DNA of 37,816 nucleotides from the NCBI RefSeq assembly GCF_006345805.1, contig NW_021834836.1:1-37816 (forward strand), read 5' to 3'. Below are positions 1-12,171 of the stretch, piece by piece (positions within the stretch are counted from its first letter, which is position 1; each line of letters begins with the position of its first letter). A program made the translations under genes and the position numbers. The DNA is from Octopus sinensis (taxonomy: Eukaryota). The notes beneath the pieces are model-generated. The model made no database searches and was not told the origin of the DNA. It saw only the letters and a list, made by a program, of their open reading frames with translations.

Positions 1-3000
1 AGCGACCCTGGAAAGATGGAAAATGGGGACTTCGGTTGTGGTGGGTATTTGACTGGTACTTATTTTATCGACCCTGGAAAGATGAAATGATGATGACTTT
101 CGGTTTGGGGGTATTTGACTGGTACTTTACTTTATCGACCCTGGAAAGATGAAAAGGTGACTTCGGTTGTGGTGGGTATTGAATGGTACTTTATTTTATC
201 GACCCTTGGAAAGATGGAAAAGGTGACTTCGGTTGTGGTGGGTATTTGACTGGTACTTTATTTTATCGACCCTGGAAAGATGAAAAGGTGACTTCGTTTG
301 TGGTGGGTTATTTGACCGGTACATTAACTTTATCGACCCGGGAAAGATGAAAGGTGACTTCGGGTTTGGTGGGTTTATTTGACTGGTACTTTACTTATCG
401 ACCCTGAAGATGAAAAAGTGACCGGTTGGCGGTGTGGTGGGTTATTGACTGGTACTTTACTTTATCGACCCTGATGAAAGATGAAAAGGTGACTTGGTTC
501 GTGGTGGGTTATTTGACTGGTACTTACTTTATTCGACCCTGGAAAGATGAAAAGGTGACTTCGGTTGTGGTGGGTATTTGACTGGTACTTTACTTTATCT
601 ACCCTGGAAAGATGAAAAGGTGACTTCGGTTTGGTTATGGTGGTTACTGACCGGTACTTTACTTTATGACCCTGGAAAGATGAAAAGGTGACTTCGGTTG
701 TTGTTGGGTATTTGACTGGTACTTTACTTTATCGACCCTGGAAAGATGAAAAGGTGACTTCGGTGTGGTGGTATTTGACTGGTACTTTACTTTATCGACC
801 CTGGAAAGATTGAAAAGGTGACTTCGGTTGGTGTGGTGGGTATTTGACTGGTACGTTACTTTATCGACCCTGAAAAATGAAAAGGTGACTTCGGTTGTTG
901 GGTATTTGACTGGTCCTTTACTTATCGACCCTGAAAGAGGAAAGTGGACTTCGGTTGTGGTGGCTATTGACTGGTACTTTATTTATCGACCCTGGAAAGA
1001 TGAAAAGGTGACTTCGGTTGTGGTGGGTATTTGACTGGTACTTTATTTAATCGACCCTGGAAAGATGAAAAGGTGACTTCGGTTGTGGTGGGTATTTGAC
1101 TGGTACTTTACTTTATCGACCCTGGAAAGATGAAAGGTGACTTGGGTTGTGGAGGGTATTTGAGTGGTACTTTACTTTATCGACCCTGAAAGAGGAAAAA
1201 GTGACTTCGGTTGTGGTGGCTATTTGACTGGTACTTTACTTTTTCGACCCTGGAATGATGAAAAGGTGACTTTGGTTGTGGTGGCTATTTGAGTGGTACT
1301 TTAATTTATCGACCCGGGAATGATGAAAAGGTGACTTCGGTTGTGGTGGGTATTTGGCTGGTACTTTACTTTATCGACCCTAGGAAAGATGAAAAGGTGA
1401 CTTCGGTTGTGGTGGGTATTTGACTGGTACTTTACTTTATCGACCCTGAAAGATGAAAAAGTGACTTCGTTTGTGGTGGGTATTTGACTGGTACTTTACT
1501 TTATCGACCCTGGAAAGATGAAAAGGTGACTTCGGTTGTGGTGGGTATTTGACTGGTACTTTACTTTATCGACCCTGAAAGATTAAAAGGTGACTGCGGT
1601 TGTGGTGGGTATTTGACTGGTACTTTACTTTATCGTCCCTGGAAAGATGAAAAAGTGACTTCGGTTGTGGTGGGTATTTGACTGGTACTTTACATTATCG
1701 ACCCTGGAAAGATGAAAAGGTGACTTCGGTTGTGGTGGGTATTTGACTGGTACGTTACTTTATCGACTCTGGAAAGATGAAAAGGTGACTTTGGTTGTGG
1801 TGCTTATTTAACTGGTACTTTACTTTATCGACCCTGGAAAGATGAAAAGGTGACTTCGGTTGTGGTGGGTATTTGACTGGTACTTTACTTTATCTACCCT
1901 GGAAAGATGAAAAGGTGACTTCGGTAGTGGTGGGTACTTGACCGGTACTTTATTTTATTGACCCTGGAAAGATGAAAAGGTGACTTCGGTTGTTGTGGGT
2001 ATTTGACTGGTACTTTACTTTATCGACCCTGGAAAGATGAAAAGGTGACTTCGGTTGTGGTGTGTATTTGACTGGTACTTTACTTTATCGACCCTGGAAA
2101 GATGAAAAGGTGACTTCGGTGTGGTGGGTATTTGACTGGTACATTACTTTATCGACCCTGAAAAATGAAAAAGTGACTTCGGTTGTGGTGGGTATTTGAG
2201 TGGTCCTTTACTTTATCGACCCTGAAAGAGGAAAAGGTGACTTCGGTTGTGGTGGCTATTTGACTGGTACTTTATTTTATCGACCCTGGAAAGATGAAAA
2301 GGTGACTTCGGTTGTGGTGGGTATTTGACTGGTACTTTATTTTATCGACCCTGGAAAGATGAAAGGTGACTTCGGTTGTGGTGGGTATTTGACTGGTACT
2401 TTACTTTATCGACCCTGGAAAGATGAAAGGTGACTTCGGTTGTGGTGGGTATTTGAGTGGTACTTTACTTTATCGACCCTGAAAGAGGAAAAAGTGACTT
2501 CGGTTGTGGTGGGTATTTGACTGGTACTTTACTTTATCGACCCTGAAAGATGAAAAGGTGACTTTGGTTGTGGTGGGTATTTGACTGGTACTTTACTTTA
2601 TCGACCCTGGAAAGATGAAAAGGTGACTTCGGTTGTGGTGGGTATTTGACTGGTACTTTACTTTATCTACCCTGGAAAGATGAAAAGGTGACTTCGGTTG
2701 TGGTGGGTATTTGACTGGTACTTTACCTTATCGACCCTGGAAAGATGAAAAGGTGACTTCGGTTGTGGTGGCTATTTGACTGGTACTTTACTTTTTCGAC
2801 CCTGGAAAGATGAAAAGGTGACTTTGGTTGTGGTGGCTATTTGAGTGGTACTTTAATTTATCGACCCTGGAAAGATGAAAAGGTGACTTCGGTATGGTGG
2901 GTATTTGACTGGTACTTTACTTTATCGACCCTGGAAAGATGAAAAGGTGACTTCGGTTATGGTGGGTATTTGACTGGTACTTTACTTTATCGACCCTGAA

Positions 3001-6000
3001 AGATGAAAAGGTGACTTCGGTTGTGGTGGGTATTTGACTGGTACGTTACTTTATCGACCCTGGAAAGATGAAAAGGTGACTTCGGTTGTGGTGGGTATTT
3101 GACTGGTACTTTACTTTATCGACCCTGGAAAGATGAAAAGGTGACTTCGGTTATGGTGGGTATTTGACTGGTACGTTACTTTATCGACCCTGGAAAGATG
3201 AAAATGTGACTTCGGTTATGGTGGGTATTTGACTGGTACGTTACTTTATCGACCCTGGAAAGATGAAAAGGTGACTTCGGTTGTGGTGGGTATTTGACTG
3301 GTACTTTACTTTATCGACCCTTAAAGATGAAAAAGTGACTTCGGTTGTGGTAGGTAGTTGACTGGTACGTTACTTTATCGACCCTGGAAAGATGAATAGG
3401 TGACTTCGGTTGTGGTGGGTATTTGACTGGTACTTTACTTTATCGACCCTGAATGATGAAAAAGTGACTTCTGTTGTGGTGGGTATCTGACTGGTACTTT
3501 ACTTTATCGACCCTGGAAAGATGAAAAGGTGACTTCGGTTGTGGTGGGTATTTGACTGGTACTTTACTTTATCGACCCTGGAAAGATGAAAAGGTGACTT
3601 CGGTTGTGGTGGGTATTTGACTGGTACTTTACTTTATCGACCCTGAAAGATGAAAAGGTGACTTCGGTTGTGGTGGGTATTTGACTGGTACTTTACTTTA
3701 TCGACCCTGGAAAGATGAAAAGGTGACTTCGGTGGTGGTGGGTATTTGACTGGTACTTTACTTTATCGACCCTGAAAGATGAAAAGGTGACTTCGGTTGT
3801 GGTGGGTATTTGACTGGTACTTTACTTTATCGACCCTGGAAAGATGAAAAGGTGACTTCGGTTGTGGTGGGTATTTGACTGGTACTTTACTTTATCGACC
3901 CTGGAAAGATTAAAAGGTGACTTCGGTTGTGGTGGGTATTTGACTGGTACTTTACTTAATCTACCCTGGAAAGATGAAAAGGTGACTTCGGTAGTGGTGG
4001 GTATTTTACTGGTACTGTAATTTATCGACCCTGAATGATGAAAAAGTGACTTCGGTTGTGGTGGGTATTTGACTGGTACTTTACTTTATCGACCCTAGAA
4101 AGATGAAAAGGTGACTTCGGTTGTGGTGGTTATTTGACTGGTACTTTACTTTATCGACCCTGGAAAGATGAAAAGGTGACTTCGGTTGTGGTGGGTATTT
4201 GACTGGTACTTTACTTTATAGACCCTGAAAGATGAAAAGGTGACTTCGGTTGTGGTGGGTATTTGACTGGTACTTTACTTTATCGACCCTGGAAAGATGA
4301 AAAGGTGACTTCGGTTGTGGTGGCTATTTGACTGGTACTTTACTTTATCGACCCTGGAAAGATGAAAAGGTGACTTCGGTTGTGGTGGGTATTTGACCGG
4401 TACTTTACTTTATCGACCCTGGAAAGATGAAAAGGTGACTTCGGTTGTGGTGGGTATTTGACTGGTACTTTACTTTATCGACCCTGAAAGATGAAAAAGT
4501 GACTTCGGTTGTGGTGGGTATTTGACTGGTACTTTACTTTATCGACCCTGGAAAGATGAAAAGGTGACTTCGGTTGTGGTGGGTATTTGACTGGTACTTT
4601 ACTTTATCGACCCTGGAAAGATGAAAAGGTGACTTCGGTTGTGGTGGGTATTTGACTGGTACTTTACTTTATCGACCCTGAAAGATGAAAAGGTGACTTC
4701 GGTTGTGGTGGGTATTTGACTGGTACTTTACTTTATCGACCCTGGAAAGATGAAAAGGTGACTTCGGTTGTGGTGGGTATTTGACTGGTACGTTACTTTA
4801 TCGACCCTGGAAAGATGAAAAGGTGACTTCGGTTGTGCTGGGTATTTGACTGGTACTTTACTTTATCGACCCTGGAAAGATGAAAAGGTGACTTCGGTTA
4901 TGGTGGGTATTTGACTTGTACTTTACTTTATCGACCCTGGAAAGATGAAAAGGTGATTCGGTTGTGGTGGGTATTTTACTGGTACTTTAATTTATCGTCC
5001 CTGAAAGATGAAAAGGTGACTTCGGTTGTGGTGGGTATTTGACTGGTACTTTACTTTATCGCCCCTAGACAGATGAAAAGGTGACTTCGGTTGTGGTGGG
5101 TATTTGACTGGTACTTTACTTTATCGACCCTGGAAAGATGAAAAGGTGACTTCGGTTATGGTGGGTATTTGACTTGTACTTTACTTTATCGACCCTGGAA
5201 AGATGAAAAGGTGACTTCGGTTGTGGTGGGTATTTTACTGGTACATTAATTTATCGACCCTGAAAGATGAAAAGGTGACTTCGGTTTTGGTGGGTATTTG
5301 ACCGGTACGTTACTTTATCGACCCTGAAAGATGAAAAGGTGACTTCGGTTGTGGTGGGTACTTGACTGGTACTTTATTTTATCGACCCTGGAAAGATGAA
5401 AAGGTGACTTCGGTTGTGGTGGGTATTTGACTGGTACTTTACTTTATCGACCCTGAAAGATGAAAAAGTGACTTCGGTTGTGGTGGGTATTTGAGTGGTA
5501 CGTTACTTTATCGACACTGGAAAGATGAATAGGTGACTTCGGTTGTGGTGGGTATTTGACTGGTACTTTACTTCATTGACCCTGAAAGATGAAAAAGTGA
5601 CTTCTGTTGTGGTGGGTATTTGACTGGTACTTTACTTTATCGACCCTGGAAAGATGAAAAGTTGACTTCGGTTGTGGTGGGTATTTGTCTGGTACTTTAC
5701 TTTATCGACCCTGAAAGATGAAAAAGTGACTTCGGTTGTGGTGGGTATTTGACTGGTACTTTACTTTATCGACCCTGAAAGATGAAAAAGTGACTTCGGT
5801 TGTGGTGGGTATTTGACTGGTACTTTACTTTATCGACCCTGAAAGTTGAAAAAATGACTTCGGTTGTGGTGGGTATTTTACTGGTACTTTAATTTATCGA
5901 CCCTGAAAGATGTAAAGGTGACTTCGGTTGTGATGGGTATTTGACTGGTACGTTACTTTATCGACCCTGGAAAGATGAAAAGGTGACTTCGTTTGTGGTG

Positions 6001-8145
6001 AGTATTTGACTGGTACTTTATTTTATCGACCCTGGAAAGATGAAAAGGTGACTTCGGTATGGTGGGTATTTGACTGGTACTTTACTTTATCGACCCTGGA
6101 AAGATGAAAAGGTGACTTCGGTTGTGGTGGGTATTTGACTGGTACTTTACTTTATCGACCCTGAAAGATGAAAAGGTGACTTCGGTTGTGGTGGGTATTT
6201 GACTGGTACGTTACTTTATCGACCCTGGAAAGATGAAAAGGTGACTTCGGTTGTGGTGGGTATTTGACTGGTACTTTACTTTATCGACCCTGGAAAGATG
6301 AAAAGGTGACTTCGGTTGTGGTGGGTATTTGACTGGTACGTTACTTTATCGACCCTGGAAAGATGAAAAGGTGACTTCTGTTATGGTGGGTATTTGACTG
6401 GTACGTTACTTTATCGACCCTGGAAAGATGAAAAGGTGACTTCGGTTGTGGTGGGTATTTGACTGGTACTTTATTTTATCGACCCTGGAAAGATGAAAAG
6501 GTGACTTCGGTTATGGTGGGTATTTGACTGGTACTTTACTTTATCGACCCTGGAAAGATGAAAAGGTGACTTCGGTTGTGGTGGGTATTTTACTGGTACT
6601 TTAATTTATCGACCCTGAAAGATGTAAAGGTGACTTAGGTTGTGGTGGGTAGTTGACTGGTACGTTACTTTATCGACCCTGAAAGATGAAAAGGTGACTT
6701 CGTTTGTGGTGGGTATTTGACTGGTACTTTATTTTATCGACCCTGGAAAGATGAAATGGTGACTTCGGTTGTGGTGGGTATTTGACTGGTACTTTACTTT
6801 ATCGACCCTGAAAGATGAAAAAGTGACTTCGGTTGTGGTAGGTAGTTGACTGGTACGTTACTTTATCGACCCTGGAAAGATGAATAGGTGACTTCGGTTG
6901 TGGTGGGTATTTGACTGGTACTTTACTTTATCGACCCTGAATGATGAAAAAGTGACTTCTGTTGTGGTGGGTATCTGACTGGTACTTTACTTTATCGACC
7001 CTGGAAAGATGAAAAGGTGACTTCGGTTGTGGTGGGTATTTGACTGGTACTTTACTTTATCGACCCTGGAAAGAGGAAAAGGTGACTTCGGTTGTGGTGG
7101 GTATTTGACCGGTACTTTACTTTATCGAACCTGGAAAGATGAAAAGGTGACTTCGGTTGTGGTGGCTATTTGACTGGTACTTTACTTTATCGACCCTGAA
7201 AGATGAAAAGGTGACTTCGGTTGTGGTGGGTATTTGACTGGTACTTTACTTTATCGACCCTGGAAAGATGAAAAGGTGACTTCGGTTGTGGTGGGTATTT
7301 GACTGGTACTTTACTTTATCGACCCTGGAAAGATGAAAAGGTGACTTCGGTTGTGGTGGGTATTTGACTGGTACTTTACTTTATCGACCCTGGAAAGATG
7401 AAAAAGTGACTTCGGTTGTGGTGGTATTTGACTGGTACTTTATTTTATCGACCCTGGAAAGATGAAAAGGTGACTTCGGTTGTGGTGGGTATTTGACTGG
7501 TACTTTACTTTATCGATCCTGGAAAGATGAAAAGGTGACTTCGGTTGTGGTGGGTATTTGACTGGTACTTTACTTTATCGATCCTGGAAAGATGAAAAGG
7601 TGACTTCGGTTGTGGTGGGTATTTGACTGGTACTTTACTTTATCGACCCTGGAAAGATGAAAAGGTGACTTCGGTTGTGGTGGGTATTTGACTGGTACTT
7701 TATTTTATCAACCCTGGAAGGATGAACAGGTGACTTTGGTTGTGGTGGGTATTTGACTGGTACTTTACTTTATCGACCCTGGAAAGATGAAAAGGTGACT
7801 TCGGTTGTGGTGGTTATTTGACTGGTACTTTACTTTATCGACCCTGGAAAGATGAAAAGGTGACTTCGGTTGTGGTGGGTATTTGACTGGTACTTTACTT
7901 TATCGACCCTGGAAAGATGAAAAGGTGACTTCGGTTGTGGTGGGTATTTGACTGGTACTTTACTTTATCGACCCTGGAAGATGAAAAGGTGACTTCGGTT
8001 GTGGTGGGTATTTGACCGGTACTTTACTTTATCGACCCTGGAAAGATGAAAAGGTGACTTTGGTTGTGGTGGGTATTTGACTGGTACTTTACTTTATCGA
8101 CCCTGGAAAGATGAAAAGTTGACTTCGGTTGTGGTGGTTATTTGA
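1..8145. repeat. 65-bp tandem satellite, ~125 monomers, open at the window's left edge
   Basis: Consensus ctggtactttactttatcgaccctggaaagatgaaaaggtgacttcggttgtggtgggtatttga. Period measured as 65 (gaaaaggtga at 3781 and 3846); 64-bp variants are common. Confidence 0.98.
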
Positions 8146-8209
8146 AATCAGATTGTCAAAAGCCGGAAGAAATATCGCAATTAATTTCTTTTGACGCTCT
8201 AACGAGTCT
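8140..8209 (-). mobile_element. Degenerate tRNA-derived head of the SINE family seen at 18785-19018, contiguous with the satellite
   Basis: atttgaaatcaga...gaaatatcgc...atttc...gacgctctaacgagtct aligns to the reverse complement of ~18800-18866 (atttgaactcaga...gaaataccgc...atttc...ggcgctctaacgtttct). Confidence 0.75.
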
Positions 8210-8218
8210 ATCAAGTGT

Positions 8219-8552
8219 TGAGACCCCCTTTCGTTGATGGTTAACAACGGTATTGCACCTAGAAAGTTAACCCCCCAAGTCTGGGCAAGGTAGTTTATAG
8301 AAGATCAGCAGTCGCCCATGCATTCCGTCCTCCCCTCTTCACGCCACTGGTGTTATCCAAGGAGAAGGCAATGGGGCCGATACAGCTTGGCATCTGTGAC
8401 GTCGCAACTCATTTCTACAGCTGAGTGGACTGGAGCAACGTGAAATAAAGTGTCTTGTTCAAGAACACAACACGCTGCCCGATCCAGGATTCGAACTCAC
8501 AACCTCACGATCGTAAGCTCGACGCTCTAACCACTGAGCCATGCGCCTACAC
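8219..8552 (-). mobile_element. tRNA-derived SINE (family A), full length, with 11-bp TSD
   Basis: Minus strand begins aggcgcatggctcagtgg (A box) ... gttcgaatcc (B box). Homologous to 25182-25538 and 29225-29557. ctatcaagtgt occurs at 8208-8218 and 8553-8563. Confidence 0.92.
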
Positions 8553-9018
8553 CTATCAAGTGTAATCTAAAGTATATGTAAAGACAAAAAAATATGTAAA
8601 TGCCCCTAGTAATGCCTCTCCTGTCGTTGTCACAAGGCTTTTTTAAAACCCAACTTCCGTCTCACTAGTGACCTTTTTGTCTGCTAATGTTTCTATTAGG
8701 GGGAAAGTGTCGTCAAAATGAGTCGGAGTACACGAAGCGTGACAGGGTTTTTTGAAAAGTCAATGTGAAATCTATAAATGAAGACATTATTGTAACACGC
8801 CTTAAGCAACAATACTGCTGTTGCAGCTGTTTAGTTGGTCAGTCTGGGTTAAATAGACGCAAAATTAAATGCTCTTCAGCTATGGTCATTTCATCCGTTT
8901 TTCGGATACTGAATCTAAATCCCTGCTTTTCTACCTAATTTGTTACCCAGTCTAACATCGTGTCCTTGATCTTGGATGCATTTTCTTGTGTTTTTTGTTG
9001 TCATGAAGATTCGAAGTG

Positions 9019-9205
9019 AAGGCGCATGGCTTAGTGGTTAAAGTGTTCGGTTCACGATCGGAAGTTCGTGAGCTCGATTCTCAGCGGTGCATTGTGTTCT
9101 TGAGCAAGACGCTTTATTTCACGTTGCTCCAGTCCACTCAGTTGGAAAACATGAGTAGTATCTGTAATTCAAAGGGGCTAGCCTTGCCACATTCTGTGTC
9201 ACGCT
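9019..9205 (+). mobile_element. tRNA-derived SINE (family B), 3'-truncated
   Basis: A box tggcttagtgg, then body gtgttcttgagcaagacgctttatttcacgttgctccagtccactcag shared with family A, then the start of the tail (gccttgccacattctgtgtcacgct) shared with 26358-26711. Confidence 0.85.
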
Positions 9206-9850
9206 TGTTTGACCTTGACTAGCTGAGCATGTCTCTTGATGGCTGACGATGTGTGCATCTCTGATCATGAGCAGTAGTGGAGGAACTTGAATGCCCTAAT
9301 GCAGTACCAGGCAGCGGCTCTCATGGATTCTGATCTTAACTGATTAGAAGTGTTATCATCTACATGTTTTGTCTTGGTATAATAGATGGGCTGTAGCAAA
9401 TATTCTGCTCAATACCACAGATTTGCTTGTTAGTTGCTTGACCATATCAGTTGAGTATGAGTCTTAGTGGCTGACGATATGTGTATCTCTGATTATGAGC
9501 TGAAGTAGTGGGGAGCATCATAGCCATGTGTTGAGAGGGATTCTTTGGGGTTTGAATAATTCACCTCTGGAAACATGGGTGTTTCGTTTATCCTCTTTAA
9601 ACAAACTTAATTCAGAGAAATTTAAAGCGGGATAGGTACTCGACGTGAAGAGAATTCTAACTGTACCCCACCTACAAGGTCATGCGCTGTTTATCTTGAT
9701 ATGAGATCACCATGTCGCGCACATATGGTTGCATTGCATGTGCCTGGTGTACCTTTATCAGACGGGTAATTGTGATGGGTATACTAGGCTTCATATATTC
9801 GTACCCCAGTGTCACTTTGATGGCATGCACTACTCTCTCACTTAATAATA
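9206..9850 (+). mobile_element. Unclassified retro-derived interspersed repeat ending in a short (AAT)n tail
   Basis: Internal ~80-bp direct repeat (about 9206-9284 and 9432-9516); ends cactt-aataata. Resemblance to an abundant octopus repeat is from memory only. Confidence 0.5.
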
Positions 9851-10059
9851 TTAATCTTTTCTTAAATGGTCACAAGGGCCGCACACAAAAGCAAATGGCG
9901 ATACAACAGAAAGGACTGTGGGGATTTACATGTGCGTGTAAAGATTAAAAAACAATTGTTAATAAAAATTCGAACAATAAGTTTCCCCAAAATGGTGAAG
10001 CTCAACCCCAAACATTCTGAACACTCCGAAGGCGAAGGGCATCTCGGGTGGTGGGAAGT

Positions 10060-10335
10060 CATTTTATTGAGGTATTTTACCGAACCGTTAACCTATGGGG
10101 AGGTAAACACATCACCATCAATTGTCAAGCGGTGGTGGAGAACAAACACAGACAGAAAGACTCACGCACATAGATATATGCGCATATGACGGCTCTTTTA
10201 GTTTCCTGTCTCAAATCCACTCACAAGGTTTTGGTCTGCCCAAAGCTATAGGAGAAGACACTTGCCCAAAGTGCCATGCCGTGGGACTGAACCAGGAACC
10301 ATGTGGTTGGAAGCAAACTTCTGATACACACACCA
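10060..10335 (-). mobile_element. tRNA-derived SINE (family K, CORE-like body), degenerate partial copy
   Basis: Homologous to the reverse complement of 34977-35373 (aaatccactcacaagg, agaagacacttgccc, gggactgaacc, accatgtggttgg). Confidence 0.85.
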
Positions 10336-10385
10336 CACACACACACACACACACATTTTAATCGAAGTGTAGAGTATTATACATC

Positions 10386-10489
10386 CATTACGGCTGATCT
10401 TACCAATTGGTTTCGCACTAGGAGTTCAACAGAATGTTAAGTAACAGTCCGATTATGTAACCCTGCACTCATCAGAGATAGCCGTTATG
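10386..10489 (-). ncRNA. Type I hammerhead ribozyme with palindromic stem III
   Basis: Minus strand: acggct-atct CUGAUGA [stem II gtgcagggtt...aactcctagtgc] GAAA ccaattgg UA agat-c-agccgt. All core nucleotides are present and stem I has 4+6 bp with a 1-nt bulge. Confidence 0.85.
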
Positions 10490-11039
10490 AAATGAAATAT
10501 GGCGATTGCTTCCATTGTTGGAGGTGTATAGACACATCCGGTTTGTGGATACTGTGAAAAAGATGAAACGAATCGCGCAGGGGATTGAGTTAAGAGTTTT
10601 GTCCCTTCGTATTAAAACATCGTCTCTGGTGGTGGATTTGTTGCAAGTAGGTAAGAGTTTTCTGGAAAAAAGTCTTTGTGGGAAATGTGTGTTTTTAAGG
10701 TTGGTATTCTTGTGGAAAGTGGAAGGTGTGTTGTGGTATTATATGTACGGCCTTTGTGCGGATGGGCATAGACATCCTTGGTCATTAGTTTGTTTCGTTT
10801 CTTTTATGTATTGGTTAAATTTGTGGAGCATTTATGTGTGCATGCATTGTGTGTTGGGGTACAATGTGCTTAGGAGCTTATATTGGGGGTGGTGGAGAAC
10901 AGTGTGTTGGGTAGGTGTCCACCGCTGATTTTTGTATGTTCTGGTTCAACTCATTGCCGGATTCCGAAGTATTGCTGGACGGCCGAAATTGGGGTACTGG
11001 TGATTATAGTCCCGATGCTGCATGCAGGTATGATACGGT

Positions 11040-11422
11040 GTACTTCCTTTCATATGGACAAGGGTTAAAAATTCCCCTTCTGCTATTCAGGTAGATGCCT
11101 GGGTGCCGGGTGCTCTTTAAAATTGCTTTGTTCTAAACCAGACCTAAGCTGCACTTCCTGCTACTATTGAAATATATTTCACAAGACTCTTCCACATTAT
11201 GGTGTACTCGATGGCGCTTTCTTTCAATGACCATACATGCTTGGTTAGGTTTATGGAATTATGTCTCTCCGGGATGTTGAAGGAAGACTTGTGGTTGTTA
11301 TAGCGAGTTTTGAAGGGGCCTTCAGTTGCTCCTACGTACTTTCTCACGTTTGGTTGTCCATCTTATCCTATTGCTGATACTCTTGCTTCATATACGATGG
11401 TCTCCATGTTGCAACGGCCGTT
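11040..11422 (-). pseudogene. GIY-YIG endonuclease domain fragment (Penelope-like; Naiad-type pattern by recollection)
   Basis: Motifs IVY...YVG, FKxRYxNHKxSF, HVWxLK, CxL(C)LxEK and LNxR are recognisable, with two in-frame stops and a frameshift. Confidence 0.85.
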
Positions 11423-11427
11423 CATAT

Positions 11428-11490
11428 ATGTGTATGTATGTATGTATGTATGTATGTATGTATGTATGTATGTATGTATGTATGCATGCA
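11428..11490. repeat. (ATGT)n microsatellite
   Basis: Direct reading. Confidence 0.95.
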
Positions 11491-12171
11491 TGTACATACA
11501 AATATGTCTATATTAGTGTTTCTCAACTTTTTTGCCCTTTTATATATAATTATATATATATGTGTATATATAATTACCTCGAACCCACAAGTGTAAACAA
11601 GACTTCGAACCCACAAGAGTAAACAAGAGAGACAGAGACAAGGCAGAAACAAGGAAAATTCCCCTTGTATTTGAATACATGTGTATGTATATGTATATGA
11701 ATGTATGTATGCATCTATCTATATATTAAATCAATAATAAGTAATATTATAAGGTAACCCGTATACTATTATTTTGACAGTAATTCAATGCTTATGTGGG
11801 TGTGGTACTTCTCCTATCTTGCTAGGTTTTGATGTTTGTTATAATATACTTTGCATTGAATAAAATGCAAACCTTAAACTAACCAAAGCGCAACACTTCT
11901 TTTCAATTTGTTTTGACCGCCTTTCTTTGTGTTTCGTTGACAATGCAGAATGCTTCATTGTCACATTTGTAGATGATAACTTCATTAGAAAGATCACACG
12001 CACGCACACATACGCACACACACATACACACACACTCAATTTCAACCACATTCTTTCACCCACTTACGCACACGTTTCATACAAGTATATGCCTATATAC
12101 ACAGGTGCTGACATTCAAAGCTGTATAAAACACATCTACATACATATATGCGCAGAAACATACACGAACAA

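Larger units (their letters stand above)
10360..11422 (-). mobile_element. Penelope-like retroelement remnant: GIY-YIG endonuclease pseudogene, 3' UTR/pLTR and hammerhead
   Basis: Minus-strand translation NGRCNMETIVYEARVSAIG*DGQPNVRKYVGATEGPFKTRYNNHKSSF...LTKHVWSLK...W, then after a frameshift RKCSLGLV*NKAIL...LNSRRGIFNPCPYERKY, matching the PLE GIY-YIG pattern. Confidence 0.85.

Noticed and set aside
1-8145. CRISPR-like array
   Set aside because: Monomers are contiguous with no unique spacers, the context is eukaryotic, and there are no cas genes.
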